From assembly GCF_009914755.1 (NCBI RefSeq), contig NC_060939.1: a stretch of 64,000 nt of DNA, one strand, 5' to 3'. The notes below the pieces were generated by a model. That model did no database searches. It was not told the DNA's origin and worked only from the letters and a program-made list of their open reading frames with translations. The stretch comes from the human T2T-CHM13v2.0 reference genome, Homo sapiens. Below, in pieces: positions 1 through 13,626 of the stretch; within the stretch, counting starts at the first letter, position 1; each line of letters begins with the position of its first letter. The position numbers and the translations under genes were made by a program.

Positions 1-1134
1 CACCTCCCAACAATGAAATGCAACTCTTACATTTTATAGATTGGGAAACCAAGTCTCTGAGAGCTTTCTATTAAAGTGACAAAGGTACTGGATCATGGTA
101 AGCAGGAATATGTACCCAAAGGAGTAATAGCAGCTGTTCATATGCATTTTATTCTAATGCGCCTTCCTGTGATCATGTTAAATGAATTCCTGGGTTTTTA
201 CCAAACTTGACTCTTTTGAGAAAGAACCAAAGGAGCTAAACCAAACAACTCTTGGGGATGGATCTGCAAATGTTACTCCTGAGCTATGGGGGCTCCAGGT
301 CCACCTCACATTGCCCCCTGCAGTCACCCTCATCCAGCCCTAGCCCCCAGGCAGATTGTCCCTGCAGACTGGCAAAGTCATTTCCAGGTGTGGTCTCAGA
401 GAACCTCTCTCTGGAATGGTAGAAGGGTTTGTAGCCATAAGAGCTGATATCAAGGGGGCTTCTAGAAATCTAGAAAATTTAATTCCCCAGAATGTGCCTG
501 AGAGTTAGTTTCTCCTCTAGAGTCCTTTTCTTAGGAAGCACCGGAGTCCATGCTTGCTCTTATATTTTTATCCAAATATCACCTCTATTAAGGCATCAAA
601 GTCCCGTGAGAAACACCAGCTCATGCCCTCTTGTCCTCCCCGACTCCTACTGGATAGTAGGGACAGAAAAGTGGAGATTATTCCGCATTTTATAGAAAGA
701 GAAACCAAGGTGCAGAGGAGGGTGGAACTAGCTTCTGATCCTAGGCTACACCCCTGGCAAACTGGGAAAGGTGTGTCAGGAGGAGTTGCCACAGGCATTG
801 GCCCCAGGAAAGCCCTGCTTTGTCACTTTGAGAGGACAGGGCACCACCTAGGCTGGCCTTGCCAATTAGAACCAGCTCTGCTGCTCCAAAGACACCCAGG
901 CCAGTGAGGGGTCCACATGTGGACAAGCTTTAAAATCATAATTCTTCCCTCTGACAGTTCTCTGAGGTCCAAGACAACCTGTTTGGTAGTGATGCTCTGT
1001 GACCCTCTGGCTCCCTATCCCAGGGATGTGGGGTAGAGCTGCACCCTAAGTCTCTTCTTACTGTGGGCGATAAGGATTGCAGCCATTAGCCAGAGTAGGG
1101 GGGAGAGACATCATCTGCTAAAGTAGGAAGGGCA

Positions 1135-1660
<526 letters not shown>

Positions 1661-3729
1661 CAACATTCACTGCCATTCTTTCTTGATATGCTTTAAAGGA
1701 GATGGGGGAAAGAAAGGATCCAGAGCTGGGAAATTCTGCTTTCTCAAATCCTTTCTTGTTACAGTGAGGCCGTAGTCCAGAGAGTTTAAGCAGTCAGCTC
1801 TAAGTCACAGAGGGCAGGAGGCAGGGTTTGCATTGAGCAGTGAGGGTGGGTAGGGAATGAGGGGACTGTGCTAGCGCCCAGAGACTGGACCACGATGAGA
1901 CCCTGGAGGAACCCTGCAGGAGGGTATTAGGGCAGGGGCAGCGAGGTAGGGGGAGCCAGGTGGGCAGTGGGCTAAGGACACAGTGCTGTCGAGTGGGGAT
2001 ATGCCAGCCCTGGTTACCAAAACCCACGTGGGGGTTTCTGAGTTCAAAGGCATGTGGATGGTGCAGCCCCCTGCTGAGATATGACTGCAGCTTTGGAAAC
2101 ATGATAAAATAAACACACGACGTGGGTCTTCAGACCACCCCTGATTAGCAGCTAAAGAGGTGGATGGGTAGAAGAAAAAGCAGAGGTTTTCAAAGAACAA
2201 AAATACAACAAGGCAGCACATCCGTCCCCGAGGTTGAGAAATGTGGGCTGCACTAGTTTCCGCATCATCAGAACTGTGCCCGAGTCAGCACAGTTCTGAG
2301 CACAGGGAGAATGTAGAGCACGTGGGGCAGGGAGGCAGGGTGCATGTACCTACGAAGTGCTGCCCCCACACACATCCCTTAAAGGAGAGTTACCCTAGAA
2401 ATGATCTGAGGATTCTGGTAACAAGAGTTGTCATTCAAGATAGGCCTGACTCATTTCTTCCATGAAGGAGGAACTGAACAGTCAGCAGCAGAGATTAGAA
2501 TTCTTATCCAGGCAGATCTTGAGTGCTTCCCTCCCTCCTACCAAAGTATTCTCTCTTTTGGCATCTCCCTGCCTTATATTTTGCCATTACGGGTTGATCC
2601 TGTTGGCTTGTCAGTCTCCAACAGTTCTCTATACAGACGCAAATGTTCTGGAGAGGCAGGCCACAGGTCAGCCCCAGACTGTGAACCCAGCTCAGGCAGC
2701 CAGGACCCAGGACTGGTTCCATCAGGGGCATGAGGGCCCACAGGAGTGAGCGAGGGAGAAGGATGAGGACAGTGATTATTGTTCCCCCTGTATGGATGAG
2801 GAAACTGAGACTCAGAGGAGTAAAGAAAGCAATGAGCAGTCTGAGGTTGGGGAAGGCCAAACCTCACTTCCTCCTCCCAAATCATGTGTCTTCAGAGTAC
2901 ATTCAAGGGCAACTCCACGCTCTGTGTTTCAGAGAAACAATCCTTCATGGCTGTGCCCACGCTCTCCTCCCACACCACCAGATGTGCAGGCAGCGTGGGG
3001 TCTCTCCAGCATCCCCTGTTCAGACGGCCCGTTCGGAAACTGGACATAACTGTGACTTGTGTGCCTGGCTCTGAATAATCAGTTAGGCCAGTGAAATGGG
3101 AGTCTCTCTGTGTGTCTGGAATTTGAACTGAGACCCTAAGTTGGGACCACTCAGAAGTCTGGGAGACTCAAGAGTGAGGTGGCCATTACAGAGCCACACA
3201 CAGCACAAGGTATTAAGTCAGGAGAAACTGAGGCAGCCAGACAGACGGGGAAGGGAGCAGGGCACAGAAAAAACCAATGAGGAGAGATACCCAGGGGAGA
3301 GGCCAGAGCTGCCTGATCAAGGACGATGCCCACCTCCAGGACAGGGACTCTTAAAGTCTGCCCAGGGATGGCAGGGCTGCCATGGAGCAGTATCCCCTGA
3401 GATATGGCTCTCATTTTTCTGCTTTCCTACTGGTGTGTTTTTTTGCCACTCTCTAGCCCTGGCTGTACCACTGAGGACTGAATTTTAACAGGCAGCAGGA
3501 AACTGGGATTCTTAGGTTGCAGGTCACTGGATCAAGAGGCACCACATCTACGTGTGAAGCAGGGATTACTGCCCCTCACTGCTGATATGGGATGCCAACA
3601 TACCGCCCTGAGACCCTGCACCTGAGGACGATGCTGCCCCTGGGGCGGATCTAGGGCTGCGTTCCCTGGGGAGGGATGAGGTACTTTGCTTGCAGGAGGG
3701 AGAATGAGCCGGAAGCCATCAGTAGTCAG

Positions 3730-4045
3730 GAATGTGCCCTTTCAGTGTCCCTAGCTCCTGACTTCTGGGCACCTGGTGGGATTGCACTTTCTGCCTCTTT
3801 TGCTTGGGTGGGGCTGTGTGATAGATCCCACCAGTGAGCTGTGAGTGGAAGTTTTTCACTGTCTGTGTGAGGCCCTCAGTCTCTTGCTCTCAGTCACTGT
3901 AGCCAGCATCATTCCAGATGGTGGTGGCTACTGCCTCAACCTGGATCTTAGAAAATGGACACAGAGCTTGTCCAGCTAAATAAACCTGCCTGATTTGGAG
4001 CCATTTCGTGTTGGGGATTGTTTGCTACTACACCACACCCTGGGT
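3730..4045 (+). mobile_element. old MaLR LTR remnant (MLT1J/I-like)
   Basis: 'gggattgcacttt...ggggctgtgtga...tgagctgtgagtggaag...ccagatggtgg...taaacctg...ggggattgtttgctac' follows the MLT1 layout. Confidence 0.5.
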
Positions 4046-5914
4046 GATCTGGCGGGTGCATTGCCTTAGCCAGGGCTTCAGCATCACACATTTCCTGGAT
4101 CCTTCTGGGAAGTAGATGGAGGGCTGCTAAAAGCTGGGGCAACCCTAGGGGCTGGAGACATTCCCTGGGTCCCCCTGCCAGCCACAGTGCCAACCATCAG
4201 GCTGTGGCACGGGAGTGCTGAACAGCAGAGGGCACCAGAGGCCTGTCTCTGCCTTCCCCATCCTGGTGCCATCATGGGGGTTGGTGGCATCAGTATTGCT
4301 GGTATTGTAGGAGGGTAGCATTTGGACCTACAGCAGAGAGAGATCTCGCTCCTCTTCTGTCACTGTGGTTGTGGGCAAGTGTTTGGAAGATGCAGACTCA
4401 CCCTTCAGTAGGCTTCAGACAATATCTAGGGACCAGGGTCGGGGCACCCACCACAACTTCCTCTGGCCCTTTCTCTCTTGGGCTGGCCCCACCTTCAGTT
4501 GTCATCTGTCAGGCCCAGGGGTGGGGAGGAAAGCCAGGAGCCAGGATACAGCAGAACAGGCACAGGCAGCCTGACTCAGCACACAGCGGTGTTTTCAGGC
4601 CATCCCCTGTGGCTTTTCCTCTTCCATGCCTCAAATCCCACCACTATACTTTTGCCCATTTAGCACCCTACTTTCAACTCTGAAAATGCAGCTCTTGTTT
4701 TTTTGGGGAAAGGGAAAGGATGGAGGTTGGAGAGGGTGGGACTAACAGCAGATGTTTTCAGGATTTGAGAGCTTCGTCAGTACAAAGAGCTTTGTGCTAG
4801 GAGCCTGGAAGCCAGGTGATCTGCAGTAGGTCTTTTTCTTCCTTGGGCCTCAGTTTCCTCCTCTGCAAAAGTGGGTTTTGGGACAGCCAAGCTCTGAGCC
4901 CCTTCCAGAGTTTGTAACCTAAGATTCAGGTTTTGCTGGTCAGGAAGAGAGAGACAGCCTGGCCCTGGGGTAGGGATAGGAAGGAGGAGGAAGGTGCTAC
5001 CTGTAAGGTAAAGGAGACAGGTGGGGGAAGCTTGGGTCACTGGGAGTCCTTAGCTGGACCATGACACTTTGCCAGGAGTGGCTGGATTCCCTGCACCTGC
5101 TGCTTTACTGTTGGCCTGTGTTTCAGTATTTACATTTCTCTGGATCATATAAGACCAAGGTCAGGTTAAGTCCATTACTCCTAACCCTAGTTGGCCCAAA
5201 GTCAAACAGAAGAGGTTGCCTGTGCACCTGCATCTCTGCCCTTCCTGCCTTCTCTAGGTGCTCTTAGCTCTGCATTTCTGCTCCTTCCTGCGGGGGCAGG
5301 AGGTTGGGCCTGACTCTGAAGCCCTAGTAGGGCCTGTCTTCCAGAAAGACAAGCACGTAGACACTGCAGGCAGCCACCTTGGGGTGGGGAAGGGAACACC
5401 CGCCTGGCATCTGGCTGTTCGCTGGGTGGGGATGCCTCTTTCTGCTGCCTTTGTTACCCTTTTCCCTCACCACTGCCAGCACTCAGGCTCCATAGTTAAA
5501 AGGCGGCACCAGGTTCTTCCCAGCAAGAACCTCAGGAGCTCTGGAGGCACCTTCTGGGTGGGGTTTGGTTGGATAAGCAAAGCATCTCCTTCAATCCTTC
5601 AGCCTCCATTCTGCTCAGTCCCTGGAAGGTCGGGTGGTAGCATGGGAGGAGGCCACCTCCTAAGCTTCCCCCGCCCTCCCCAGTGCCGCTGTTCCTCTGA
5701 GCTCTGGAGGTCACCAGGGCGCTGCGGAGCTCATTGCAAGCTGCCCTGGCTTGTTATCGGTCTTGAGAGACTCGTCTCTCTCTAGCTGCCTGTAAACCTC
5801 TGGGACCTGATGGATGGGTTTTGTTGTTTTCCTTCCCCCTGACTTGTTGGTGCTGTCACCTCCAGTCCCTGGTGGATGGACATCTTTTTATTCCAGCAAA
5901 CCCACTACCTGTAC

Positions 5915-7170
5915 TACCCATTCACTTAGTCATTCACTGAGGCTCACCATTGGCCATAAGATCACCAGGGCCTAGACACACAGAGGGGTGTGAGCACAGA
6001 ACACAGTCCTTGCAGGGCTCTGGGTTTTGTAGGTGTGAGATGTGCCCGAGGCCTGCCAATTCACGGTGGCAAGTGCCCTGATGATGGCTGCACTGGCTCG
6101 TATGGGAACATTGCGGGAGGTGCATGGGGCCGCTTCTCAGAGGAGGCGATGTTTGAGCTGAATTGGAGGAAAAACAGTAAGGGTTCCCTAGATGGGGGTG
6201 GAGGGCTGGGAGAGAACTTTCTGGAAAGGGCACATCAGTCTGAGGGAAACACCTACATGCAGGCTGGCAGGTGAGAGGACAGAGTCCTTTCTGGGATCAG
6301 GACTGTTTGGGGCCACTGGAATAAGTGCAGGAGACTGGAGACAAGGCTGGGGAGAAGGCGGGACTTTGGTCATGGAGGTACTTGGAGTCTTTATCCTGTA
6401 GGTGGTGTGAAGACCAGAAAGGAGGCTGTTGCACTAGTTCAGGAAGAGAAGAGGAGGTGGGCGACAGAAGTAGAGGCAGCGCTCTGAGGGACCTTGGGCA
6501 GGTGGAAGCCACAAAACTGGATGGCCATGAGGGCAAGGTGAGGAGGAGGGGGAGGCGAGGAGGAGAGGGAGGCGAGGAGGAGGCGGAGGAGAGGAGGAGG
6601 GGGAGGCAAGGCCGACTCCAGGTCTCCTACTCAGGTGGCTCATGGCTCGGGGCCACTCGCTGCTCACCAATCCTGTGAGCAGAGGAGGAGCAGATATGGT
6701 GTAGGGTGCATATGTGAATCCAATTTTGGTGATGCTGAGGTTTGGATGCCCGAGGCCGCTCAGGAAAGGACATCCAACAAGCATTTGGTGTCAAGTTTGG
6801 CAAAGAGATCTCTTCTGGAGAATTGACTTGGGCACCATCGGCATTAGGCAGCATTTGGACCTCTGTGATGTAGATGACGTGATTAAACGGCAGTGTGTAA
6901 AGACAGGAAGAAGGCCTATGCAAGACCTCGGTACTGGCATAGGAGGGGCTAGGAGGGCAGGGTATGACGGAGGCTGAGAGGAGCACTGTGGAGAAGGAGC
7001 AGGTAACATGCTTGAGTGCTGCACAGACTGAGTCAGACAGGACTTGGTCTGACCACTGGCAGGAAGCCCGTTGGTGCCCTTGGCTTGAGTTCAATGGCAG
7101 AATGGCAGAAGAGGGTGTAGGCTGTGAAACTGACGCAGGAGAGGCAGGCTGCCGCAGCCACTCCCGACGG
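5915..7170 (-). mobile_element. L2 LINE remnant
   Basis: antisense L2 tail 'cattcacttagtcattcactga' followed by typical antisense L2 blocks ('gatgtttgagctgaatt', 'ggaggctgttgcactagttcagg', 'ttttggtgatgctgaggtttggatgcc...acatccaa'). Confidence 0.7.
6540..6610. repeat. GGA/GA-rich low-complexity tract inside L2
   Basis: degenerate (GGA)n run seen directly. Confidence 0.8.
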
Positions 7171-7639
7171 CACAGCTTTGAGCTCCGTGCTGGGTGTTCA
7201 GTGCTCGGGATAACACATGTGCAGTAAACATTTCTAGAATGACCCACTTTGGGGGTTGAAGAGACTTTTTTGTTTTTAAAATAGGTGGGACTTGAGCATC
7301 TCACCTCTCCCACCCCCCAGCCCCTGAAGTGAGTCAGAATCAGAAAGGTAATGGATAGGAAGTTTCCAGTTCTTATCCAGATCTGGAAATTCTGATCTAA
7401 CCCGGGAAAAATGTTGAGGTCTGTTTAGAAAGACATGAGTGCTCCCTGGGGGCAAGAGAGCCTTTTCTCTGGGGCCTTTCCAGTAGCCCCAGCCTCACCG
7501 GTCACCTCCAGGTGGTGAGCTGGGCATTTAGGGAAGCCGTGCCTTTTGGCGCTAAGCTGCTGTTTTTGCAAGACTGGGCGGCTGGAGATCCTTTCTCAAG
7601 TCAGCAGCCATCGCAGGGAAGAAGGACCAGAGTAGGAGT

Positions 7640-7825
7640 GCTGGGCTAGGATCCTGGTCCAAGCTCTGCCATTATCGTATGTGAAACAGTCATCTCTCTG
7701 GGCTTCAGTTTTTCCATCTGCAAAGCAAGAATTCCAACACTACATTCACAGGAGTATCTGAAGGATAAGATGAGATAATAGATGCAGAGGTGATGTGAAA
7801 AGTAGGAAGTGCTTTACATGTGCCA
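7640..7825 (+). mobile_element. MIR remnant
   Basis: 'ctctctgggcttcagtttttccatctgcaaa...gaaggataagatgagataatagatgc'. Confidence 0.7.
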
Positions 7826-10310
7826 GTTTTCTTCATTCATTCACTCTCATTCACGCATGTACTAATTTAGCAAAAAATGATGAAGCATCCATTAGATGCT
7901 ATAATTGCAAATTGCTAAGTGTTCAGGGCAGAGCAAGTGGACAGACTTTGTAACAAAAGCCTGCTTTTGACTATTTTATCCCTGCCCCCACTGTCTGCAG
8001 AAGAAAGAGAAGGGTAGAGCTGATGGGTCAGTGGGCATCTGTGCCCTAGGCTGGGGGTCATCACTAGCCCTCATTTTGCCCTGCAATCAGTAGACTCTGT
8101 GCGTGGGATTCTGTGATGGGAGGAATTTTCTACCCTCTTTGTTCTGGTAGGGAAGAGTTTACAATGAGTAGGGTCAAGGGTTGTTTTCTGCTTTGTAGTG
8201 TTGATTCCAGAGGCTGCCTCATCTGTTGTCTGGCAGCAACGGCACACTGGCCATTGACATGGGCAAAGGTCACTGTACTGAGATGTGAGTGCAACAGAAT
8301 CATGGGGCAGCTTTAGCAGACCATCATCAGAGACAGCTCAGTGGATGCAGCTGCCTTCTGAGGATAAAAGATTTGGATTCAACTCGGGTGGGTGAACTTG
8401 GACAAAGTGCTTAACCTTACGAAGACTCAACTTCCCTATCTGTAATAGGGGACTCTTAATACCTACCCTTTATGCTTGGTGAAGATAAAGTGAGAGTCAT
8501 GAGAGAATGTCCTCCTCTCCTTCTTCCATTGACGTCAATTCATGATCACTGACCTCATCGGGCAGTTATCTGACTCAGGTGTATCAGATCTAGCGGGTAC
8601 AGTGACCTCTGTGCCACTCATACGCCCCTCAGTTATTAGGTACCAGGCTTCTGGTGATGTGAAGAGTGTCTGTTGTAGCCACTGTTTCTGAATTGTTAAT
8701 AAAATAAGACAGCTCTGGTCTGGAGGAGAGTTGGGGAGAAGCCCAGGAGTCTGCTTAAACCCCATGTCCAGGTGGGCATCCCCGACTGCTCTTCTTCCCT
8801 CCCTAAAGGTTCTGGGGATTCAGCCTGTTGCAACTTCCTCATTAACCCTTTCACCCATCATGGTGCTCATGGTGGGGTTCTGTCCCTGAGCCTGGCTGGG
8901 GAATGGAAAGAAGCCTCTCAGCATGCCACCACTCCCCTCACCGTTCCCAAAGACAAGCACTCTGGCCATTTGCATAATGGGGGCTTTATCACTAATCAGA
9001 GAAGGTAAACACACCAGGCAACAAAACAGTAAGCACATAGAAAGGCAAAGTTTTCAGAAATCTACAAATCCCTGATGCCGCAGGCCCTCACACATGGAGG
9101 CCCTACTGGACTTATTCTTTCTGTGCCAGGCTGGGTGAAGAGGACAGGAGCTAGCAGCTTTGATCCGCTCTATCATCACACTTGCAGTTTCAGGGGACTT
9201 CCAGACCAATCAACCACTCACTCCATCCCCTTTGCCTACCCCAACGCTAGCCCCTCTGTCCCAGCATTGTCTGGATCTCTACTTTGTCTTTGCCTGTCTC
9301 TGAACTGTGGGCTCCTTGAAGGGAAGAAGAAAGGTGTTTTCTTCTTTCCTGTGTCCTCAGAGCTATCATATGTTTCCAAGAAGGGGATGGGGAAGTTTGG
9401 CCTCAGGTGTGAGGAGTAGTTGCCTGGGTCATTGGCTCACAGTGGGGGTGTTTCTGGGGTCCATGCAGTTACTCAGATGGTGCTCACCTTGCTGGGCTCT
9501 GTCCTACTCTCTCCTTCTTCTAAAGCATGCTTCTGGGGTGTGACAGGTACACTCAGAGGGATAGCCATCAAAGTGCATTCCTAGCTTATCCTTCCTTCCA
9601 TCGAACTGCCTGCTGAGTGGTTTGCCCCAGTAAGAATTCGCCAAGTTCTTGTCTTAATTCTATTCTATTACACCTCATAAAGGTTGTAGCCCAAACGACT
9701 CTGAGTTTCAGGACCACAAAGCATCAGTATAGGAGGAAGCCTTGGAGAGTGTGTGGTCTGTCTGAAAAAAAATAAGTGGATAAAAAATGGGATGGTGCCT
9801 CCTCAAACATGAGTGTCTTTGTCAATGATCCCACTAGCCTTCTGGGCCACAGCCAACATGGAGGGCTAAGGTGGGCATGGTTCTAGTGCAAGTCCCTGAA
9901 CAGGTACACGCCATCTGTCAGCAGGCATCTGCAGATGTTCAGATTTGGGCAGCCTGGCAGAAGATTTTGGGGTGCAGGCGATGGTTGGATTTTTCAGATT
10001 AAGCTTTGAGGTTTAACTACCCATAAATGACTTCAAGGTCTATTGCATGCCACCATTTGTAAATTGGCTGAAGTGGAATGTGAATTGTTGGTGTTTGAGG
10101 CTCATAAAAGGGAATGAGATTTGGCCTGGGAAGGGTCTTGTCCATTGACCAGTATCTCATCCCAATTTGCCCTCAAGTGTTCAAACTCATGAATGATAAC
10201 CAAGAAAGCCAACTACTGGGGTTGTGGGTAGCAGTGTGGAGGAAGAGGCCATGGAGAATAAGAAAGTGAAGATTTTAAGCCAGAAAATAGAAACTTGAGG
10301 TAACTTAAGC

Positions 10311-10617
10311 TTTTCTTTTTTCTTTTTTTTTTTTTGAGATGGAGTCTCACTCTGTCATCCAGGCTGGAGTGTAGTGGGGCAGTCTCAGCTCACAGCAGCC
10401 TCCATCTCCCAGGTTCAAGCAAATTCTCCTGCCTCAGCTTCCTGAGTAGCTGAGATTACAGGTGCACAACACAACCCTGACTAATTTTTGTATTTTTAGT
10501 AGAGATGGGGTTTCACCATGTTGGCCAGGCTGGTCTTGAACTCCTGAACTCAGGTAATCCACCTGCCTTGGCCTCCCAAGGTGCTGGGATTACAGGTGTG
10601 AGCCACTGTGATTGGTC
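10311..10617 (-). mobile_element. Alu (AluS/J-type)
   Basis: poly-T then full antisense Alu dimer. Confidence 0.96.
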
Positions 10618-10707
10618 ATAATTTTCAGGTATATATATATCTGAAATAAAAAAAATATATATATATATATTTATTTTACCATATGAGATAAGTTGTGTTT
10701 TATACTA

Positions 10708-11092
10708 TGTCTTAGTCCATTTTCTGCTGCTATGACAGAATACCACAGACTGGGTAATTTATAAAGAAAATAAATTTATTCATTACAGTTCAGGAGACTG
10801 GGAAGGCCAAGGTTGAAGGGTTGGCATCTTGCAAGGGCCTTCTTGCTGTGTCATCTCATGGTAGAAGGCAGAAGGGCACAAAAGCCCAGGAGAGCAAAAG
10901 AGAGCTGAACTCACTTTTATAACAACCCATGCTTGTAATAATGAACCCTTTCTCATGATAATAACATTAATCCACTCATAAGGGTGAAGGCCTCCTGAAT
11001 TAATCACCTCTTAATTATCCCACCTTTTAACACTGTCATGATGGCATTTAAATTTCAATGAGAGTTTTGGGAGGGACTTTCAAACCACACCA
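10708..11092 (-). mobile_element. MaLR solo LTR (MSTB-like)
   Basis: TG...CA ends; 'tgtcttagtccattttctgctgctatgacagaataccacagactgggtaatttataaag...aatttcaatgagagttttgggagggactttcaaaccacacca'. Confidence 0.88.
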
Positions 11093-11129
11093 TGCTGGTA
11101 TTAGTAAATTTGGAGATTCACAAAATCTT

Positions 11130-11420
11130 TGGGATATATTCTTTGGAAATGTTATAGTAAACCTAACGCAATAGCAAAAATCTAGAAACAACTGAAATAT
11201 TCCTCAGTAAAAGTGGTTATACAATAGGATCAATACATAATGTTTATATTAACAATTAAGCATGATATTACTGATATGTACTAAATATATTATGGTACTT
11301 TCATACTATAGAATGTATTACAGTTGTTAAAAAAATTTAAGTGATGGTTTAATAAATGAAAAAAGCAAGGTGCAGAGAAGAATGTGTTAGTATGAATCCA
11401 AATCCATTTATGAATTTCTT
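11130..11420 (+). mobile_element. ancient L1M 3' fragment
   Basis: AT-rich 'aatagcaaaaatctagaaacaactgaaatattcctcagta...atactatagaatgtattacagttgttaaaaaaa...aatgaaaaaagcaaggtgcaga'. Confidence 0.55.
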
Positions 11421-13232
11421 TTAAAAGCTTATGCACATTTATCTCAGGAGAGGCTCCATTTTTTTATTCTGGGAAGATACACAGGAATCTGTTGATGAGG
11501 GCTACCTGCAGAATCTGCACATCAACTCTCTGAGCCTCCGTTTTCTCACTTGTATAGTTGGCTTTGTAATCTCATATTCAGGATGTTTGTTAAACTCCAA
11601 AGGGACACCTCCTGGGCATAGCCAGCCATAGAGCCTAATAGAAACAGCAGCTATTGGTGTGTGCTCGAGGCAACGTGATGGGGGGACGTTCCATGACCTC
11701 TGCAGTCAGGCAGATTAGGGATTGCTACCCTCTACTTGTATGGATCAGAGGGGAGCTGTCTCTTGCTTCTGAGCTTCAGTTTTTTGTACAAATTCTTAAA
11801 TGTAAAGATCCTAACGTAGCCCCTGGAATAGACCATGTGTTAGTTCTGCTTCTGCACAGCTGTGGAAGTCACACTCTGTAGGACTTCCTGACAACTGACT
11901 GTGGGCAAAAGGGTGCTTCCTATGAACCCTCCTGGGGCTCTGCTGAGCCTGGAGGCCCCCCTCCTGACTGGCAACGGAGAGAGGCCTGCTCTGGGAAGTG
12001 TTCCCACCCATCAGGCTCCTCACACTTCACTGGCTAGTGGATAGCCTTCCGGAAGCAGGCCTAAACACCCAAAATCAATTTGCTAAAAGCCAACTTGCCA
12101 AACGATCAATTCACTGAATGACTAATTTGCCATAGGACTAAGGATTTGTTTTCTAAATTTCAGTTTCCCTGTGGCTTTGCACAGAAGTTCTGGTTACAGA
12201 ATTTTGCATGAGCGTCAAAGTTTAGATGCTGAGCCCAACTCCAGCACTCAATATTTTATATAGAAAGGATAGACTTGCCCCATCTCTCAGCCTCTGCCCC
12301 TGAATCTGCCTCTTCTCTGCTTTTTAAGTAAGTCTTTCTTTCAGATGCAGTTTCTATCTTCTCAAAAGTTGTTTTTTTCCAACCTGGCCCTATGTTTTCT
12401 TATGAACAGACATCAGCGATGATAGTAGATTTTTTATGGAGTAGGGGCCCAGAACTTAGCCCTAAGGAGGTTCAATACCATGCACTGGGGTAATTAGTGG
12501 AATAAAAGAAAGGGACATTTCTTGCAAATGTGAGTTTGTGATCTACGACTTATATCTACTTATTGTTATTATTTATCATTTTAATTTAAGTTGTAATAGA
12601 CATTGAAATAGCATTTCAAGGTGAAGAGATCTATTTATTTGTTTATTAGATTTTAGATTCTGAAGCTTAGTTTAGAAGCATCTTATAGCCAGCACATAAG
12701 TGGATAAAATGTGTAGTCACTCCAAACCAGTAGTTTAAGATCTTGAGTTATTTTAACCCTTGATTTCCCTACATTTCTTATTTATTTCTATCTCCATGTC
12801 TATCTACCTAACCTTATGCCTATACCTATCTATGAACAGGCAATTCAGAAAAGCAGACTGATCCCAAATGTTTTCATATGCTTTGGAATGTGTGGTACTT
12901 TTTTAATTTCTAGATTTTCCCTCTTAGTAGTCTTCACTTACATCTGCACCCATTTCATATACTTGTACCTAGTAAACGTTAATTAGTTTTCTTATTAACT
13001 TTTTCATCAGACCACCATGGTCTCTTGAACAGAAAACTGTGCGGTTGACCTCTGGGCAAGTTAACTAATTTCACTGAGACTCAATGTCTTCATCTGCAAA
13101 GTGGGTGCAAAGTGGCCCATTCCTCGGGGGTCTCAGTTTTCTCATCTGTTGCATGGGATAATAATCTTGTCCCTGGACTGCTATTCTACCAGGAAGGTTG
13201 TGAAGGGGTTTATGATAAGATAGAGGTTGGAA

Positions 13233-13626
13233 TGTTATGGGTTGAATGTTTATGTCCCCTCAAAATTCATATGTTGAAGCCCTAAACCCCAGTGTGACTG
13301 TAATTGGAGATGGGGCCTTTAAGGGAATAATTAACATTGAATAAAGCCATAAGGGTCGGGCCCTGAACTGATGGAACTGGTGCCTTTGTAAGTAGCAATC
13401 TCTCCCTCTATCCGTGTGTGCTTGTGGCAAGGAGAGGCCGTGTGAGAACATAGTGAGGAGGCAGCCGTATACAGGCCAGGAAAAGGCACCTCCCCAGAAA
13501 CGGAATCCACTGGAACCTTGATTTTGGACTTCCAGCTTTCAGAATTGGGAAAAAACAAATTTCTGTTGTTTCAGCTGCCCAGTATTCTGCAGTATTTTGT
13601 TATGGTAGCCCCAGCAGACTAAAACA
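13233..13626 (+). mobile_element. MaLR solo LTR (MLT1A-like) inserted in a MIR
   Basis: 'tgttatgggttgaatgtttatgtcccctcaaaattcatatgttgaagccctaaacccc...ttttgttatggtagccccagcagactaaaaca'; GAATG at both boundaries (13230-13234, 13627-13631). Confidence 0.9.

Noticed and set aside
6325-7313. 228-aa and 117-aa ORFs with mildly raised CpG content
   Set aside because: They lie in a decayed L2 with a GGA tract; no recognisable domain; about 29 CpGs in 1.2 kb is below CpG-island level given the G-richness
12070-12900. Repetitive 'caatttgc/ttgccaaa' motifs and AT-rich body suggestive of an ancient repeat
   Set aside because: Too degraded to assign a family or boundaries by eye
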